In this document: piece after piece, positions 8,707 to 20,228 of the stretch
Layout of the letters: every line of letters begins with the position of its first letter
Numbering within the stretch: position 1 is the first letter of the stretch
IMG/VR virus record: IMGVR_UViG_2839026242_000001
Coordinates: 64,001 to 128,000 of that record
DNA from: a virus
Lineage: Duplodnaviria > Caudoviricetes
DNA: 64,000 bases
Direction: 5' to 3' (one strand)
Program-made: the position numbers and the translations under genes
Notes under the pieces: generated by a model
What the model was told of the DNA's origin: nothing
The model's database searches: none
Seen by the model: only the letters and a program-made list of their open reading frames with translations

Positions 8707-10044
8707 TCATAGACTGTCCTGAATAATTTTATTAAATTTATTTAATTGCTCGATTGTAGCTTTGTTTGAGTTATTAGTAAAGATCAACCAGCATTTTTTA
8801 ATCCGAGTTTCATTATTAAACAAATTAGCCATTTCAAGTGCTTTCAATATATATTCAATTCCTATGTGATCTTGTCCTTTTTCAAGATGATACACTCCGA
8901 GATATTGATATGCTTTTAATTTATGTTTTAATCCAACCGCTGAATTATCATTTTCCAATTGTTCCAAAACAGTACCGTTTTCTTCTAAAAACTTAGTTAT
9001 CTGGTTGTGTTCGTTATGTTTAATCGCTGCTTCAAGTAACACAGGGAATATTACATTCATTTTTTTAGAGTTTGTTGATGTCTTGAGATATTGTTCTAAG
9101 TGATTCCATTTCCCACTAAGAAGTTCAACTAAATGCATATTGCCTATGGCATACTTAGCGTAATTGGAATCTATAGAAGCATACTGATTAATTATCTTCT
9201 TTGATAGTTCAAATTCTCCCATTCCTTTATATGCAAACCCCTTATACAATAGAGCTTCACAGTGGTAATAATTTAATTTAGAATAGTCTAATTTGTCTTG
9301 TCTTAAATTATTCATACGCCCGTTGACAATTTGTACAAGTTTATCTGCATATTTCAATGTTCCATGATAGTCCTCAATCAAGTTTAGAAAAACAATTACT
9401 TCAAGATATGCATCAAGTATATATCTTTCTGGCATTAATTCAAGATAGTCTATCAGTTGAGATAATGCTTTTTTACAGTCTTTGATTCCTTCATTATGAG
9501 TGAGCATAATACTTCTTCTAATCATAAATGTTCTATAGTAACTCAATGAAAGGCGCTCATCTAACCTGTTATCGATTTTCGAAGTAATGAGCGAGTACAG
9601 TGGCAATATCTGCTTCAGATCGTTATTTTTATATTTATCTTCTGCAATCTCAAATATGATTCCAATATAGTTTTTGTTTGTCTCTAAGATCTTCCCTGTT
9701 ATTTCATTTATCAATGATTCATTATTTTCAATACTCAAAGATTCACGTAATAACTTTTCGCACTTAATCAAACTCATTTTTCCTTGCTTATTGATACATT
9801 CACTTAAAGATTCCTTCTGAAGTTCTCCTTTATTAAGTCCTAAAACTTCTTCTAGTTTAGAGAGTTGCTCAATTGAAAAATTTCGACTACCTCTCATTAT
9901 TTGGCTCATCGCTGTCTTATGTATCCCAGATGCCAATGCTAATTCGTTTTGCTTCATTCCTCTTGCACGTAAATAATATTGTATTTTATCTCTTAATGAA
10001 GCCTTTTCTAAATCAAAGTCATGTGGGATCATAAGACGTAGCAT
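8707..10044 (-). CDS. AimR-like RRNPP receptor (XRE HTH + TPR-like helical domain)
   Basis: N-terminal HTH (KQNELALASGIHKTAMSQIMRG), helical repeats, adjacent propeptide gene; ATG at 10044 follows GGAGG. Confidence 0.8.
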   Translation of the reverse strand: MLRLMIPHDFDLEKASLRDKIQYYLRARGMKQNELALASGIHKTAMSQIMRGSRNFSIEQLSKLEEVLGLNKGELQKESLSECINKQGKMSLIKCEKLLRESLSIENNESLINEITGKILETNKNYIGIIFEIAEDKYKNNDLKQILPLYSLITSKIDNRLDERLSLSYYRTFMIRRSIMLTHNEGIKDCKKALSQLIDYLELMPERYILDAYLEVIVFLNLIEDYHGTLKYADKLVQIVNGRMNNLRQDKLDYSKLNYYHCEALLYKGFAYKGMGEFELSKKIINQYASIDSNYAKYAIGNMHLVELLSGKWNHLEQYLKTSTNSKKMNVIFPVLLEAAIKHNEHNQITKFLEENGTVLEQLENDNSAVGLKHKLKAYQYLGVYHLEKGQDHIGIEYILKALEMANLFNNETRIKKCWLIFTNNSNKATIEQLNKFNKIIQDSL

Positions 10045-10330
10045 TTTTATTCCTCCCCTCAAATTTCCTTTTCTTGCTACATCTTTATAATAACACGGTT
10101 AACTAGATAATACAACATATTTTTAGTTATTATTTTCGTTCAAATTTCGTTTTATTCCAATTTCATATCTTTAAAAGTCTCATCAAATATTTCAATACAT
10201 TGAGAACATGCCCATTTGCTCATTATGTAACTATACATCACCTCCAAATTATCTTTCTCGCAATCCTCGCAACGTCCATTTTTCCATCCATCAGTCATGA
10301 AGTTATCCTCCTTGTGAAATTTTCAATTTA

Positions 10331-11181
10331 TTAATAGCATAGTCTACCAACTTCACATTCTCTAGTATCATATACTCCCTTAATGGAGCGTATTTCATAA
10401 AGTTCTTTATCGGTTGTCAATATGACAAAACTCATTTTAATTTTTGGATAGTATACCTCACCAATCTCGTTAAGCCTCTCTGGTTCATGCGTGTAAACAT
10501 AGTATTGTTTCATTCATCATTCTCCTCATTTCGCATGAAATGTTCATTTCATTAGATTCTTTCATCACACAACTCGATTTTTCCATTGTCATTAATCACA
10601 TAGTCCCACTCTGTCCCACACTCCAGACATTGTATCCATTCAGGGACAGCATACGTAACATCCGCAACAAATCGTTTCCTTTTGCTCAATTTGCCGCTTT
10701 TCAAAACCTTTTGTTCATATTCAAATTGAGGCTGCCAACGTCTAACCATTTCCTCTTTTCCACAATTAGGACATTTCAATTACATGTACCTCCTTTCAAT
10801 AAAACTAAACTTTCATCTAGACTTCAATCTGAATTTTATTCCCCTAAAGATATACTGGCCGTCATCATCCAATTCTTGAATAAAAAATTCAATTTTTTCA
10901 ACGTCCTCTTTGCTGTATTTTGGCTTTTGGTTAAAATGGTATCCTACAGTATCCGTATTTTTTGTCTGATTATATACTTCTGTGGTTTTAACTCCAGATG
11001 GCTTTAACTTAAGGAATTCAGCAATTTGTTTAATAAGTCTACCATTTGGATTATCATTCGTATGATTTAATACTCCGAGCTTAAGTGCGATTTCTTCACA
11101 AAAAAGTCCCTCTCCTTCTTCGTTAAATCCAAATTCAGTTAACAAGTCTTCGCCGTACCTCTTTACCCGTTTACTCTTCAT
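10331..11181 (-). CDS. Three small hypothetical genes (10331-10513, 10552-10779 Zn-ribbon, 10813-11181)
   Basis: ORF track, RBSs present; each bounded by the palindrome. Confidence 0.65.
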
Positions 11182-11216
11182 ATCATACTCTCCTTAAAAC
11201 CAGTCTTTCATTTGGT

Positions 11217-11972
11217 TTACTCTGTTGCCACGTCCTTTAATTTCTTATCAATAATATCTGGTTCTACATCGAGTTTTTCTAATAACCATGCTATATCATC
11301 TCTATCGCCAATGTGTCCTTCTCCCCATCCTCCACCAGCGCTAATTTCGATTGCATATACTGCGATTGGTTCAAGTTTATACCCATACCATTCAGACATC
11401 TTTTCAGCTACATCAGCAGGATAAATATATTCATCTTCTTCCCTTTGATTATGAATTCTAATAAGGGTGTTAGCCAGATCCTTCTTAAAATCTTCTTGAT
11501 TTTTCCTATGATGTCTTAATCTAATTGTGATTATTTCACTCCCAGTTCTTTCAATTAGTTCAAAACATTCATTTTTCTTTCTTTTCCAAGCTTCTTTTGC
11601 TGCTAATACTGCCTGTTCATCTCTATTGTACCTTCTGCCTAATCCAACTCTAATTAACTCTCTTGCAAATCGCTCATCTGAATCTCGCCAAGGTTGCCCT
11701 GTTGTATGCAAATACCAATGACATAATTCGTGCAAGAGAATTCTTTTAATATGTCTCAAAGTATATCTTTCATTATTCTCATTATTGAGTACAACAGTCT
11801 TTATATCACTACAATAATATCCCGCATAATTATCCCAGTCGAGTTTGCATTCAATGGTTAATGGAGATTGTCTAGTTACTAAAAGAATCGTTGGTATTTC
11901 ATTGATGCTCCAATGTTTTTTAGTCAATTGTTTTGCTTGTTTTTCAAGCCACTCTATAGTTACTTCTGGCAC
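11217..11972 (-). CDS. SprT-like zinc metalloprotease domain protein
   Basis: ILLHELCHWYLH (HExxH) motif; GTG start after AGGAGG. Confidence 0.75.
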   Translation of the reverse strand: MPEVTIEWLEKQAKQLTKKHWSINEIPTILLVTRQSPLTIECKLDWDNYAGYYCSDIKTVVLNNENNERYTLRHIKRILLHELCHWYLHTTGQPWRDSDERFARELIRVGLGRRYNRDEQAVLAAKEAWKRKKNECFELIERTGSEIITIRLRHHRKNQEDFKKDLANTLIRIHNQREEDEYIYPADVAEKMSEWYGYKLEPIAVYAIEISAGGGWGEGHIGDRDDIAWLLEKLDVEPDIIDKKLKDVATE

Positions 11973-12434
11973 TACCCAAATCCTCCTTCCTGATAAAACC
12001 AATTTACTTAAGGATTAAACAATCTAAATGAATCATCAAAAAGCCTTACCTTTAATGTTGCCGAAACCCCTTTATTCTCCCATTTTGCATCAATGATAGT
12101 TCTAATCGGATATACTTCCTGTTCTGATTCAGCAATAAATTTTATCCCCACCTTAATGTTTGGGAGCAAATAGATATAAGCCTCACCGTACTTCGTATAT
12201 CTAACAAAATCCGCAACACCATAATCAACTTGTACTTTAGAATAATACTCCCGCTGCCATTCCCTTAATTCAATAATCCACTCTTCTTGTGTTTGTATAG
12301 AACCATTTTTCTTCTCAGAATCTTGAACCTCTCATGGCTAAAGCCACGAGATTCTTGGGTAGTCCGCTCTACTGAGCAGAATTAGTACATGATGTACCAC
12401 CAAGCTATCCCCGCAGTTCCTGCGGTTACTGCGA

Positions 12435-13538
12435 TTATGCAGATAGTAGTCTTTTGCCTTCGGCAAGAATATTCAAACTTGCGTTTACATCCCTATCCCA
12501 TTCACTATAGCAAGAAGGACACTTCCATTGTCGCAAGTTAAGATCTTTAACCTCTTTGTTTTGGTATCCACAACACGAACAGAGTTGAGAGGAAGCGAAC
12601 GTTTTGCCTACGACAACGACAGTACGTCCATGCCACTTTGCCTTGTATTCAAGCATCGTTCTGAATTGATACCAGGACACTTCGCTAATTGCTTTGGCAA
12701 GTTTGTGGTTCTTCATCATGTTAGACACTTGCAAATCTTCAATCGCAATGATGTCGTGGTTTTTGACAATATGCGTTGAAATTTTTTGCAAGTAGTCTGT
12801 TCGGGCATTTGCAATGCGTTCATGGATTCTGGCAACCTTAACTCGTTGTTTATTCCAGTTTGAAGAACCTTTCACACGTCTGGAAAGGATACGTTGTTCA
12901 CGAATGAGTTTTTGTTCCATATTCCGTAGGAATTTCGGATTCTCGAACACTTCACCGTTAGATAGAATAGCGAAATCCTTTAACCCAACGTCAATACCGA
13001 CTTCTTTGTTTGTTTTTGGCAATGGTTGCACGTCTGTTTCTACTAACAACGAAACAAAGTATTTGCCAGAGGGATTGCGTCTAATCGTAGCATTTAAAAT
13101 ACGACCTTCTACTTCTTTTGATTTCGCAAAACGAACAAGTCCAAGTTTAGGGAGTTTAATCTTATCTCCTTCTATCGCAATATTTCCGTTTGTGTGTTTC
13201 GTTGTGTACGACTGAACTTTATTCCTTTTTGACTTGAAACGTGGTGCATCATTCTGCTTCTTGAAGAATCGTGAATATGCGTCTGCGAGGTTCTTTATTG
13301 ATGATTGAATAGCGATGCTATCTACTTCTTTTAGCCAAGGTAATTCTTTTTTCAGATTCGGCAGTTCGGAAGAACATACTCCGTATGATAATCCTTTACC
13401 TGTTTCTTTGTATGTTTCGTTCCACTTCGCCAAGAAGTGGTTGAACACAAATCGACTGCAACCAATCGTTTTAACAATTAATACTTCCTGCTCTTTGGTT
13501 GGATAGATACGGAATTTGTATGCTTTATTTGCTAACAT
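12435..13538 (-). CDS. tnpB: TnpB RNA-guided endonuclease
   Basis: RuvC motifs GIDVG, IEDL and DRDVNA; Zn finger CSCC...CPSC. Confidence 0.95.
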   Translation of the reverse strand: MLANKAYKFRIYPTKEQEVLIVKTIGCSRFVFNHFLAKWNETYKETGKGLSYGVCSSELPNLKKELPWLKEVDSIAIQSSIKNLADAYSRFFKKQNDAPRFKSKRNKVQSYTTKHTNGNIAIEGDKIKLPKLGLVRFAKSKEVEGRILNATIRRNPSGKYFVSLLVETDVQPLPKTNKEVGIDVGLKDFAILSNGEVFENPKFLRNMEQKLIREQRILSRRVKGSSNWNKQRVKVARIHERIANARTDYLQKISTHIVKNHDIIAIEDLQVSNMMKNHKLAKAISEVSWYQFRTMLEYKAKWHGRTVVVVGKTFASSQLCSCCGYQNKEVKDLNLRQWKCPSCYSEWDRDVNASLNILAEGKRLLSA

Positions 13539-13544
13539 TGCTTT

Positions 13545-13955
13545 TCACCTCACTTTCTGATTTTGGATGTATTGTCGTATTTGCGCTTCCGTGTGTTCAC
13601 TTACGGTTGCCACAAAGTAAGAAGGATTCCAAAGATTCCCTCCCCATAGCTTCTTTTTTAGCTGGGGGAACTCTTTAAATAGCAACCTTGCCGAAACACC
13701 CTTTAACGCTTTGATGATATTTGGAATTGAATGTTGCGGATTACAATCAATTAGGAGATGAACATGGTCACAATCACTTTCAATTTCTGAAATCGTGAAA
13801 CCATTATCTGTAGCAATTTGATTGAGTATTTCCTTTAGCTTTTTATCTATATCACCAAGCAACACTTTATGGCGATATTTCACACACCATACAATATGGT
13901 ATTGGATAGAGTACACATATTCTCTACCATGTTTAACTTCTGCCATGTTATCCAC
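13545..13955 (-). CDS. tnpA: Y1 HUH transposase TnpA
   Basis: YHIVWCVKYR, DHVHLL and YIQNQ motifs. Confidence 0.95.
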   Translation of the reverse strand: MDNMAEVKHGREYVYSIQYHIVWCVKYRHKVLLGDIDKKLKEILNQIATDNGFTISEIESDCDHVHLLIDCNPQHSIPNIIKALKGVSARLLFKEFPQLKKKLWGGNLWNPSYFVATVSEHTEAQIRQYIQNQKVR

Positions 13956-14252
13956 ATCAATTATAGGATAACATATGTAAAATGTTTTTCAATTTATTAC
14001 CTCTAAATATTAGCGTTTTTGCCAATCACCAAATTAACATATGTCGGACAATTGACGTGTCAAAAGACACACCTTGTCCGAAGCCGATTCATCTCATGAC
14101 TGAAGTCACGAGTGTTCTCGGCTAATTCATAAATGGCTTTTAGCAGAGTTTTTTCGGTTGTATCATGTCCTACAATCACAGTAAAACCAGCAGCTTCAAG
14201 ATTGGCTACAATTGCATCGACATTAAACATAAGCATTACCTCTTTTCTGTAT

Positions 14253-14828
14253 TTAACTTAACTTCCAATCAAAGTAATCTCCGGCTCTGAAAAAGTTATT
14301 GTGCGTGTCTGCATTAGGGAGTCCATCTGGATGGGCTGGAGAAACAGGCATTGCCATTCCACATGAATGACACTTTATTTCTGTTGAATTTTCATAAATA
14401 TAATGATTTGCTCTATAATTACATATTACACAATGATACCTGCATCTATAACGTTTTCGCCCATCTGGATCTACCTTAATGCCTGTCCTAATCCATTCGG
14501 GTTGATCATCTGTTGTCTGATATACTTCCTTTAACTCCTCTGTATTTTGCAATCCTTCGATTAGACTTTGTTTGATTTCTTCACTCTTATGTACAATATC
14601 TTCTTTAGTTACATTTTCGATTGGATTTAGTTTCTCAAAGAAACTGCTACATGCTTTGCCTACCTGTTCAAATGTCTTAACCATCTCAAAAATATCTTTA
14701 TCTATGCTGAATAAGTTAAATACATTTTGTATGATGACAAGTTTGGATAAGTTATCTGCCTCCTTAAGTTCAAGTTCCACCTCTTTGCCTTTATCATCTT
14801 TGATATTGATTTTTACTGTTAAAGACAT
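14253..14828 (-). CDS. Hypothetical protein with a C-terminal Zn ribbon
   Basis: CVIC...CHSC. Confidence 0.6.
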   Translation of the reverse strand: MSLTVKINIKDDKGKEVELELKEADNLSKLVIIQNVFNLFSIDKDIFEMVKTFEQVGKACSSFFEKLNPIENVTKEDIVHKSEEIKQSLIEGLQNTEELKEVYQTTDDQPEWIRTGIKVDPDGRKRYRCRYHCVICNYRANHYIYENSTEIKCHSCGMAMPVSPAHPDGLPNADTHNNFFRAGDYFDWKLS

Positions 14829-14889
14829 GCTATCACCTCAATGATGATTATAAGGCAAAGGGCAGCCAAAACCAAATACAACTTACATT

Positions 14890-15129
14890 TTATCCTAACT
14901 GTAAAATCTTGAACTTAACATCTGTACCCTCTAATAATTCACCAACATTGTAATTATGTCGATAATATCCCTTTTCATCTTTGGGATAATTCCAAAAACG
15001 TGAAAAATTACTTTTATCTATTGTATGAAATAATCTACTATTACTGTCCCATGTTAGCATTACTTCATAGCGTTCCCCAACATTCCAAAATCCATATGCA
15101 TCTTCAAGGCATTCTATTATAGCCTTCAT
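14890..15129 (-). CDS. Small hypothetical protein, paralog of 16633-16872
   Basis: Both share LTWDSNSRL and RFWNYPKD-KGYYRH. Confidence 0.75.
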   Translation of the reverse strand: MKAIIECLEDAYGFWNVGERYEVMLTWDSNSRLFHTIDKSNFSRFWNYPKDEKGYYRHNYNVGELLEGTDVKFKILQLG

Positions 15130-15404
15130 TAAATTCCCTCCTTTCTAATCAAACCCTCATTTGATTAAAATTGATATTCTTCCCATTCTTCCATATCTAC
15201 TTGTTCATCACATTTTCCACAATAAATAACATCTTCATAAAATCCATCTATGTTTTCAGGTTCAATGTCATAAACTATACCATGTCTTGATCCTTCTTTT
15301 AAGTCAATTCTTTGTTTTGCTGCAACCGACACCGTAACATAGAAAAATCTAGACTCTCCACATTTTTTGCAAGTGTATTTCATACTATCTCCAACTTTCC
15401 TGAT

Positions 15405-15659
15405 TCATCCACTTACCACGTTCTTATAAGCCTTTTCGTAGCCCTTAACATCGCCTCTTTTGCTCCATTCATCATAGCAAGCATCAACTTGCCAATGATA
15501 ATCAGATCTTGGATTGTTAGCGGCATAAGCAGATAGCCAGATTTTATCTTCTGTTTCCTTAAGAAGAGATTCGTAATCCATGTTACTTAACTTTTCAAGG
15601 TATTCACTTTTTGGTCTACCGTAATTATCTTTACCTTCATAATTTCTGAGCATCAACAA
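15405..15659 (-). CDS. Small hypothetical protein, paralog of 21191-21439
   Basis: Both share KIWLSA-AANNPRSDYHWQ-DACYDEW. Confidence 0.75.
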   Translation of the reverse strand: MLMLRNYEGKDNYGRPKSEYLEKLSNMDYESLLKETEDKIWLSAYAANNPRSDYHWQVDACYDEWSKRGDVKGYEKAYKNVVSG

Positions 15660-16632
15660 ATCCTCCTTTTCCTATCAAATCCACTTTTATTGCAAACCAT
15701 CTAATGACGATGATTGGTCACAAAAATAGGCAGTTTCAATTAATGTAAATCTAATATAAACATCTGAGCCTCTTGTCCCTTGGTAAGCTCCATTAAAATC
15801 GGCATCAACAAATATTTTTCCTGTAATAGAACCTCCAATAACCTGATTCTCAAAATTCATATAATAATCTTCAGAAATAATCTCTAACTCATCTCCAAAA
15901 ACTAATTGCAATATAAATTTTAATTCTTTTAAATTACGCTTCCCTTTATAATAAACTAACTCCCCTTCATCATTTTCTTTCCATTTCTCTCTATTCCTGA
16001 AATACTGGCTTAAATTACGCTTTCTTTGTTCAAATTCTTTTGTATTCAATGAACTATAACCCCCTTTTCGTTATTTCTCTAATGCTCCCATTTTATTATA
16101 TCATCATTATTCCCTATTTTCTTTCTGAAACGCTCATTTTATCAAACTTTTCCTAACAAACTCATTTTATTCACTTAAAATACATTCATGCCATCTAGTT
16201 TCAGAATACATACCTACATTAATACATGCTTTATCAATTTCTTTAAAATTATTTTGAAACCAATTAAGAAAGGATTTAACCTCTTTTGGATTAGCCACCT
16301 TTTTTGCCGATTCTATAGCTAAGAGTTTCATTTTATAATAAGAATTTCGATGCTTAAGCTTCTTGGGATCAGTTATAATTCTTTGCTCACTATCCCTGTA
16401 TTCAAATGCAAATATAGTGTTTGCAACCCATCCATGTCTCCCTTGATCAGAATAGTGAAAAAGGTTGCTTTCAAAATGGGTATTAAAATAAGATGCAATC
16501 ATATTAGATATGGTGTGGCACTTATTATTCATATTGGGATCGAAAATTTTAATAATATTAATTAAGCCAATTTCTACTTGTCGTAAAAATTCTAAATCCT
16601 TCATATTTTCACTTCCTCATTAAATTAACATT

Positions 16633-16872
16633 TCATCCTAATTGTATAATCTTAAATAATACCCCTGCTCCCTCAATTAATTCTCCAGTCTTATAATCAT
16701 GTCGATAATAACCCTTTTTATCTTTTGGATAATTCCAAAAGCGCTCAAATTTGTCCCTATCTGTTGTATGTAATAATCTACTATTGCTGTCCCATGTTAA
16801 AATTACTTCGTACTGTTCTCCAACTTTCCAGAGTTCATATTTAGTTTCAAGACATTCAATTACCGCATTCAT
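16633..16872 (-). CDS. Small hypothetical protein, paralog of 14890-15129
   Basis: Direct comparison of the two translations. Confidence 0.75.
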   Translation of the reverse strand: MNAVIECLETKYELWKVGEQYEVILTWDSNSRLLHTTDRDKFERFWNYPKDKKGYYRHDYKTGELIEGAGVLFKIIQLG

Positions 16873-18908
16873 TCATAACCATCCTTCCTATAAAATCCCC
16901 ATTTTATCGAATTATCTCTATATACTTTTCAAATGTATCATGGTCTAATTCAAAATAAGGAAACTCTAAATCAAAATTATAAAGTTTAATTGAATAAAAA
17001 TTCTTGCCTCCACCAAGAGGGAAGACTATTGCCTCTCCTTCGTATCCAACTTCTGCTCTCAATACTGAATCCTTGCTGGTCAAATTTTTAAGCGAGAATG
17101 ACTTAATAACTCTTACTTTAACTGTTTGCTTTTCCATGATAAATCACTCCTATATTCTTATGAAATACCATTTTAAAAGGATATATATTGTAATTCATCA
17201 TCAGTAAATCCAGCATATTCTCCATCAATAAATTCAAGTAGATTTAGCTTAATTCCATCAAGTGTTACTTGACCGTATTTTTTACCCACTTGGTTAAAAT
17301 AATTTGAGTCTCGGTTAATAACTTTGAATTTCATATAACATTCTCCTTTAGCTATGTTTTTTTCGATGAAATGCCAATTTGATTAAATTTCCTTCAATAG
17401 ATTCTCTATATATTGAATTCGTTCATCAACTAGAACTGCAACATAGCCATTCATTGTTTTATACTCTTTTAAACTTTCTAACTCCTTTCTTAAATCCTCT
17501 TCAAATAGTTTAACAATTTGATTCATGCCCACATCCCCTCCATTTTCAATCAAAACGATATTTCATTTACATTCTTCTGGTGATTTACCAACGCATTCCT
17601 CTTTAAAAGGAACACGAATTTGTTCACCAATCTTAATATTATCCAAGTAGTCTTTTTCATAAACTCCATTTCTCAATACAAGGATTGGTTGTCTTTCTGT
17701 CATTTTTAGTTCTCCAACTATTTCCCACTTTATTTCTTTGTCCCTCATAAATTAACCTCCTATTTTCCATAAGCCGATATTTGATTATTATACTGGATCA
17801 TTTTCTTTATCTCGAAGAGTGTGAATTTGCTCATTCAGATCACTTTATATTTGTTTTAAATCAAAAATCACATCATTGCTTTTATTGTGAGTCAATTTCT
17901 TTAATGAGCAAACTTGCTTCGCTTAAATAATCTGCTGCCGCTCTTCTTGCCTCAACAGCCTCTGTAATATCTCGTTTCTTTTGACTTTGGTTTAACATTG
18001 GATTCACCTCGCTAAAAAATAATCAACTCGCGTTTATTAATGATCATTTATTCATCGTTAACTGCCCAAAATGTCCACAATTCAAGCATAGACATGATGC
18101 AACCACTTCATAAAACTTTTCAACTTCGTATTCACCTGTCCAACGTGAATGAATAATGCGGTTAATATTCTGAGAATCGCATTTTTCACATTTCATTACA
18201 ACACTATGATTAGACATAAATTGAACCCCATCTTCCTAATCAAATTACCTTTTCATTTGTTTTTCTTCTATCTCTTTGATTGCTTCTTCTTCGCGTTTAA
18301 TCATTTGTTTTGCAAGTTTAAGCATGCGTTTGCGGTTTTCAATACTTGTTGAATCATTACCCCATCCGATAATATTTAGTGAATTTTGATAAGCAATGAA
18401 CATTCGTGGATCGTCAGCATGATGCGCTTTCGCAACCAATACATTATTGCAATGATTACCAATACCAAATGAATTAATGTTGTTTTGTTCAACACGCCCC
18501 AGATATCTTCTATATCCATTCATTCCCTCGTCAATTGCTTCAATAAATTCTTTAGGGTACTTTTCAATTTGATCCCATCCATCGTTCAGAATAGTAATTG
18601 TAGTCATATATCCCATATTCAAACTCTCCATTTTAATCAAATCTTGTTTTCATTTATTGTTTTTAAAGCGCTGTAATTCTTCTTGTTCCTGACGAATCAA
18701 TTCCTTACTTACCTTGCCTATTTCGCTATCAGAGATGTCGCGTTCATTCATGAATGCCTCGTGTTGCAATCTCCAGTATTTTTCTCGAATTTTTCTTATC
18801 TCTGAATTTTGAATACGACTTATTTCATCTTGGTTCAATACTTCTTTAAATTGCTTTTCTTCGCTCAAATAATTCATTTTCAAAAAACCTCCTTATGAAA
18901 TCACCGTT

Positions 18909-19157
18909 TTATGCTGTTGCAGTTTTTACTTCAATAGCACAATTCTTACATATCAGCTTGCCTTTAAAATAAATTGTGTCATCTGCATTACCGCAAAACA
19001 AACAAGATGGCTGATATTTCTTCAGAATGATCTGCTCCCCATCCACATAAATCTCTAGAGCGTCTTTGATGTTGATATCAAAGGTGTCCCTTAGTTCTTT
19101 TGGTAGAACAATACGTCCCAATTCATCCACTTTTCTAACTATACCAGTTGCTTTCAT
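18909..19157 (-). CDS. abrB: AbrB-family transition-state regulator
   Basis: MKATGIVRKVDELGRIVLPKELR plus C-terminal CxxC...CxxC, very close to Bacillales AbrB. Confidence 0.92.
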   Translation of the reverse strand: MKATGIVRKVDELGRIVLPKELRDTFDINIKDALEIYVDGEQIILKKYQPSCLFCGNADDTIYFKGKLICKNCAIEVKTATA

Positions 19158-19892
19158 TGCATCATCCCCTTTTCAAATTAACTATTGTAATAAGACCCCT
19201 TTATCTCAGACGAGATAGTTTGCAAACGCTCAATGAAAACATCCAATTGGGAAACCGTTGAAAATCTCAGAATCGTTGTTCCGATATGAACAAGTACACA
19301 TTCATCAACAACGTCTCCATCTTTGTCGTATTGATTCACGCTGAAAGTTGCATCACTATATACACTCATAAAGTTCCTCCCTATTTACTTAATACACAGT
19401 TTGTTAAGACCGCCATAACCCGAGTTCTTTCAACGTGTTGCGGGCAAGTTCCCAATCACTCAATCCGATCTCTCTTCCGTCACTAGCGTACCACCGTAAA
19501 GCATGGACAAGTTTCTCGTATCCGGCGTCAGCTGCGGCAACCACCCTGACATTCTCTGCTTTCAACCGTTCGATCTCCGCTTTCAATCGCTTGACTACAT
19601 CCCGATAAAGTTTGCAGTCGTCTTCCAAGTCTTTTTCGATCCGCATATAGAATTCAATCACTCTTGCCCGGGCTTCGTTCAGCTCGTTTGCTGCCTTCTC
19701 AGCGCACAGTAACCGCATCAACGCCCTGTGTACTGAGCCATGCGGATTGTGATACTGCAAAAGAGTCTCGATATCCTTACGTTCCTCTTCTTTGAGCGGT
19801 CGATCCCATCCAAATGCCTTTCCTTCAGTGTAGATGCTCATACTTTCCCCTCCCGATTATCAAACTGAGCATTTTGTAAAATTACTTATCAC

Positions 19893-20228
19893 TCAGTGAA
19901 GAAGCACAGTATCACTGGTAGACGTATCTGCATATTGAATGATTACTCCATACTTTCTTAGATCCGATTCGATCCTTGATAGTTCATTGGTGTCACGAGA
20001 AAACCGAGAAGGCTCAACCGCGATCACTCTTTCTAGTGCATTGTGCCTTGCGACTTCAAACATGGCAGCAATTCCATCTCTATCATTTTCTAATCCTGAT
20101 ACCCCATTGTCAGTGAAGAAAATGACTTTCCTACCTTTTTCAATTAGCATTAGACATTTCTCTTTTTGGAGTTTAATTGCTTCTTCGTCTTTTGTTGCAG
20201 TTCTTGAGTATACTCCGATCATTTTCAT
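19893..20228 (-). CDS. Serine-recombinase catalytic domain only, nucleophile apparently Ser->Ala
   Basis: YSRTAT instead of YARVST; D-GVSG and SRFSR motifs; no DNA-binding domain. Confidence 0.7.
   Translation of the reverse strand: MKMIGVYSRTATKDEEAIKLQKEKCLMLIEKGRKVIFFTDNGVSGLENDRDGIAAMFEVARHNALERVIAVEPSRFSRDTNELSRIESDLRKYGVIIQYADTSTSDTVLLH

Larger units (their letters stand above)
12323..14128 (-). mobile_element. IS200/IS605-family element (tnpA + tnpB)
   Basis: Subterminal hairpins CTCATGGCTAAAGCCACGAG (~12331) and CTCATGACTGAAGTCACGAG (~14093); TTTAT target 5' of the left end; right end TTCAA; no target duplication. Confidence 0.9.
12008..14230 (-). pseudogene. 138-aa hypothetical gene interrupted by the IS element (14230-14129 joined to 12322-12008)
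   Basis: Removing 12323-14128 rejoins ...KAIY|DSEKKNG... in frame through to TAA at 12008. Confidence 0.8.
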
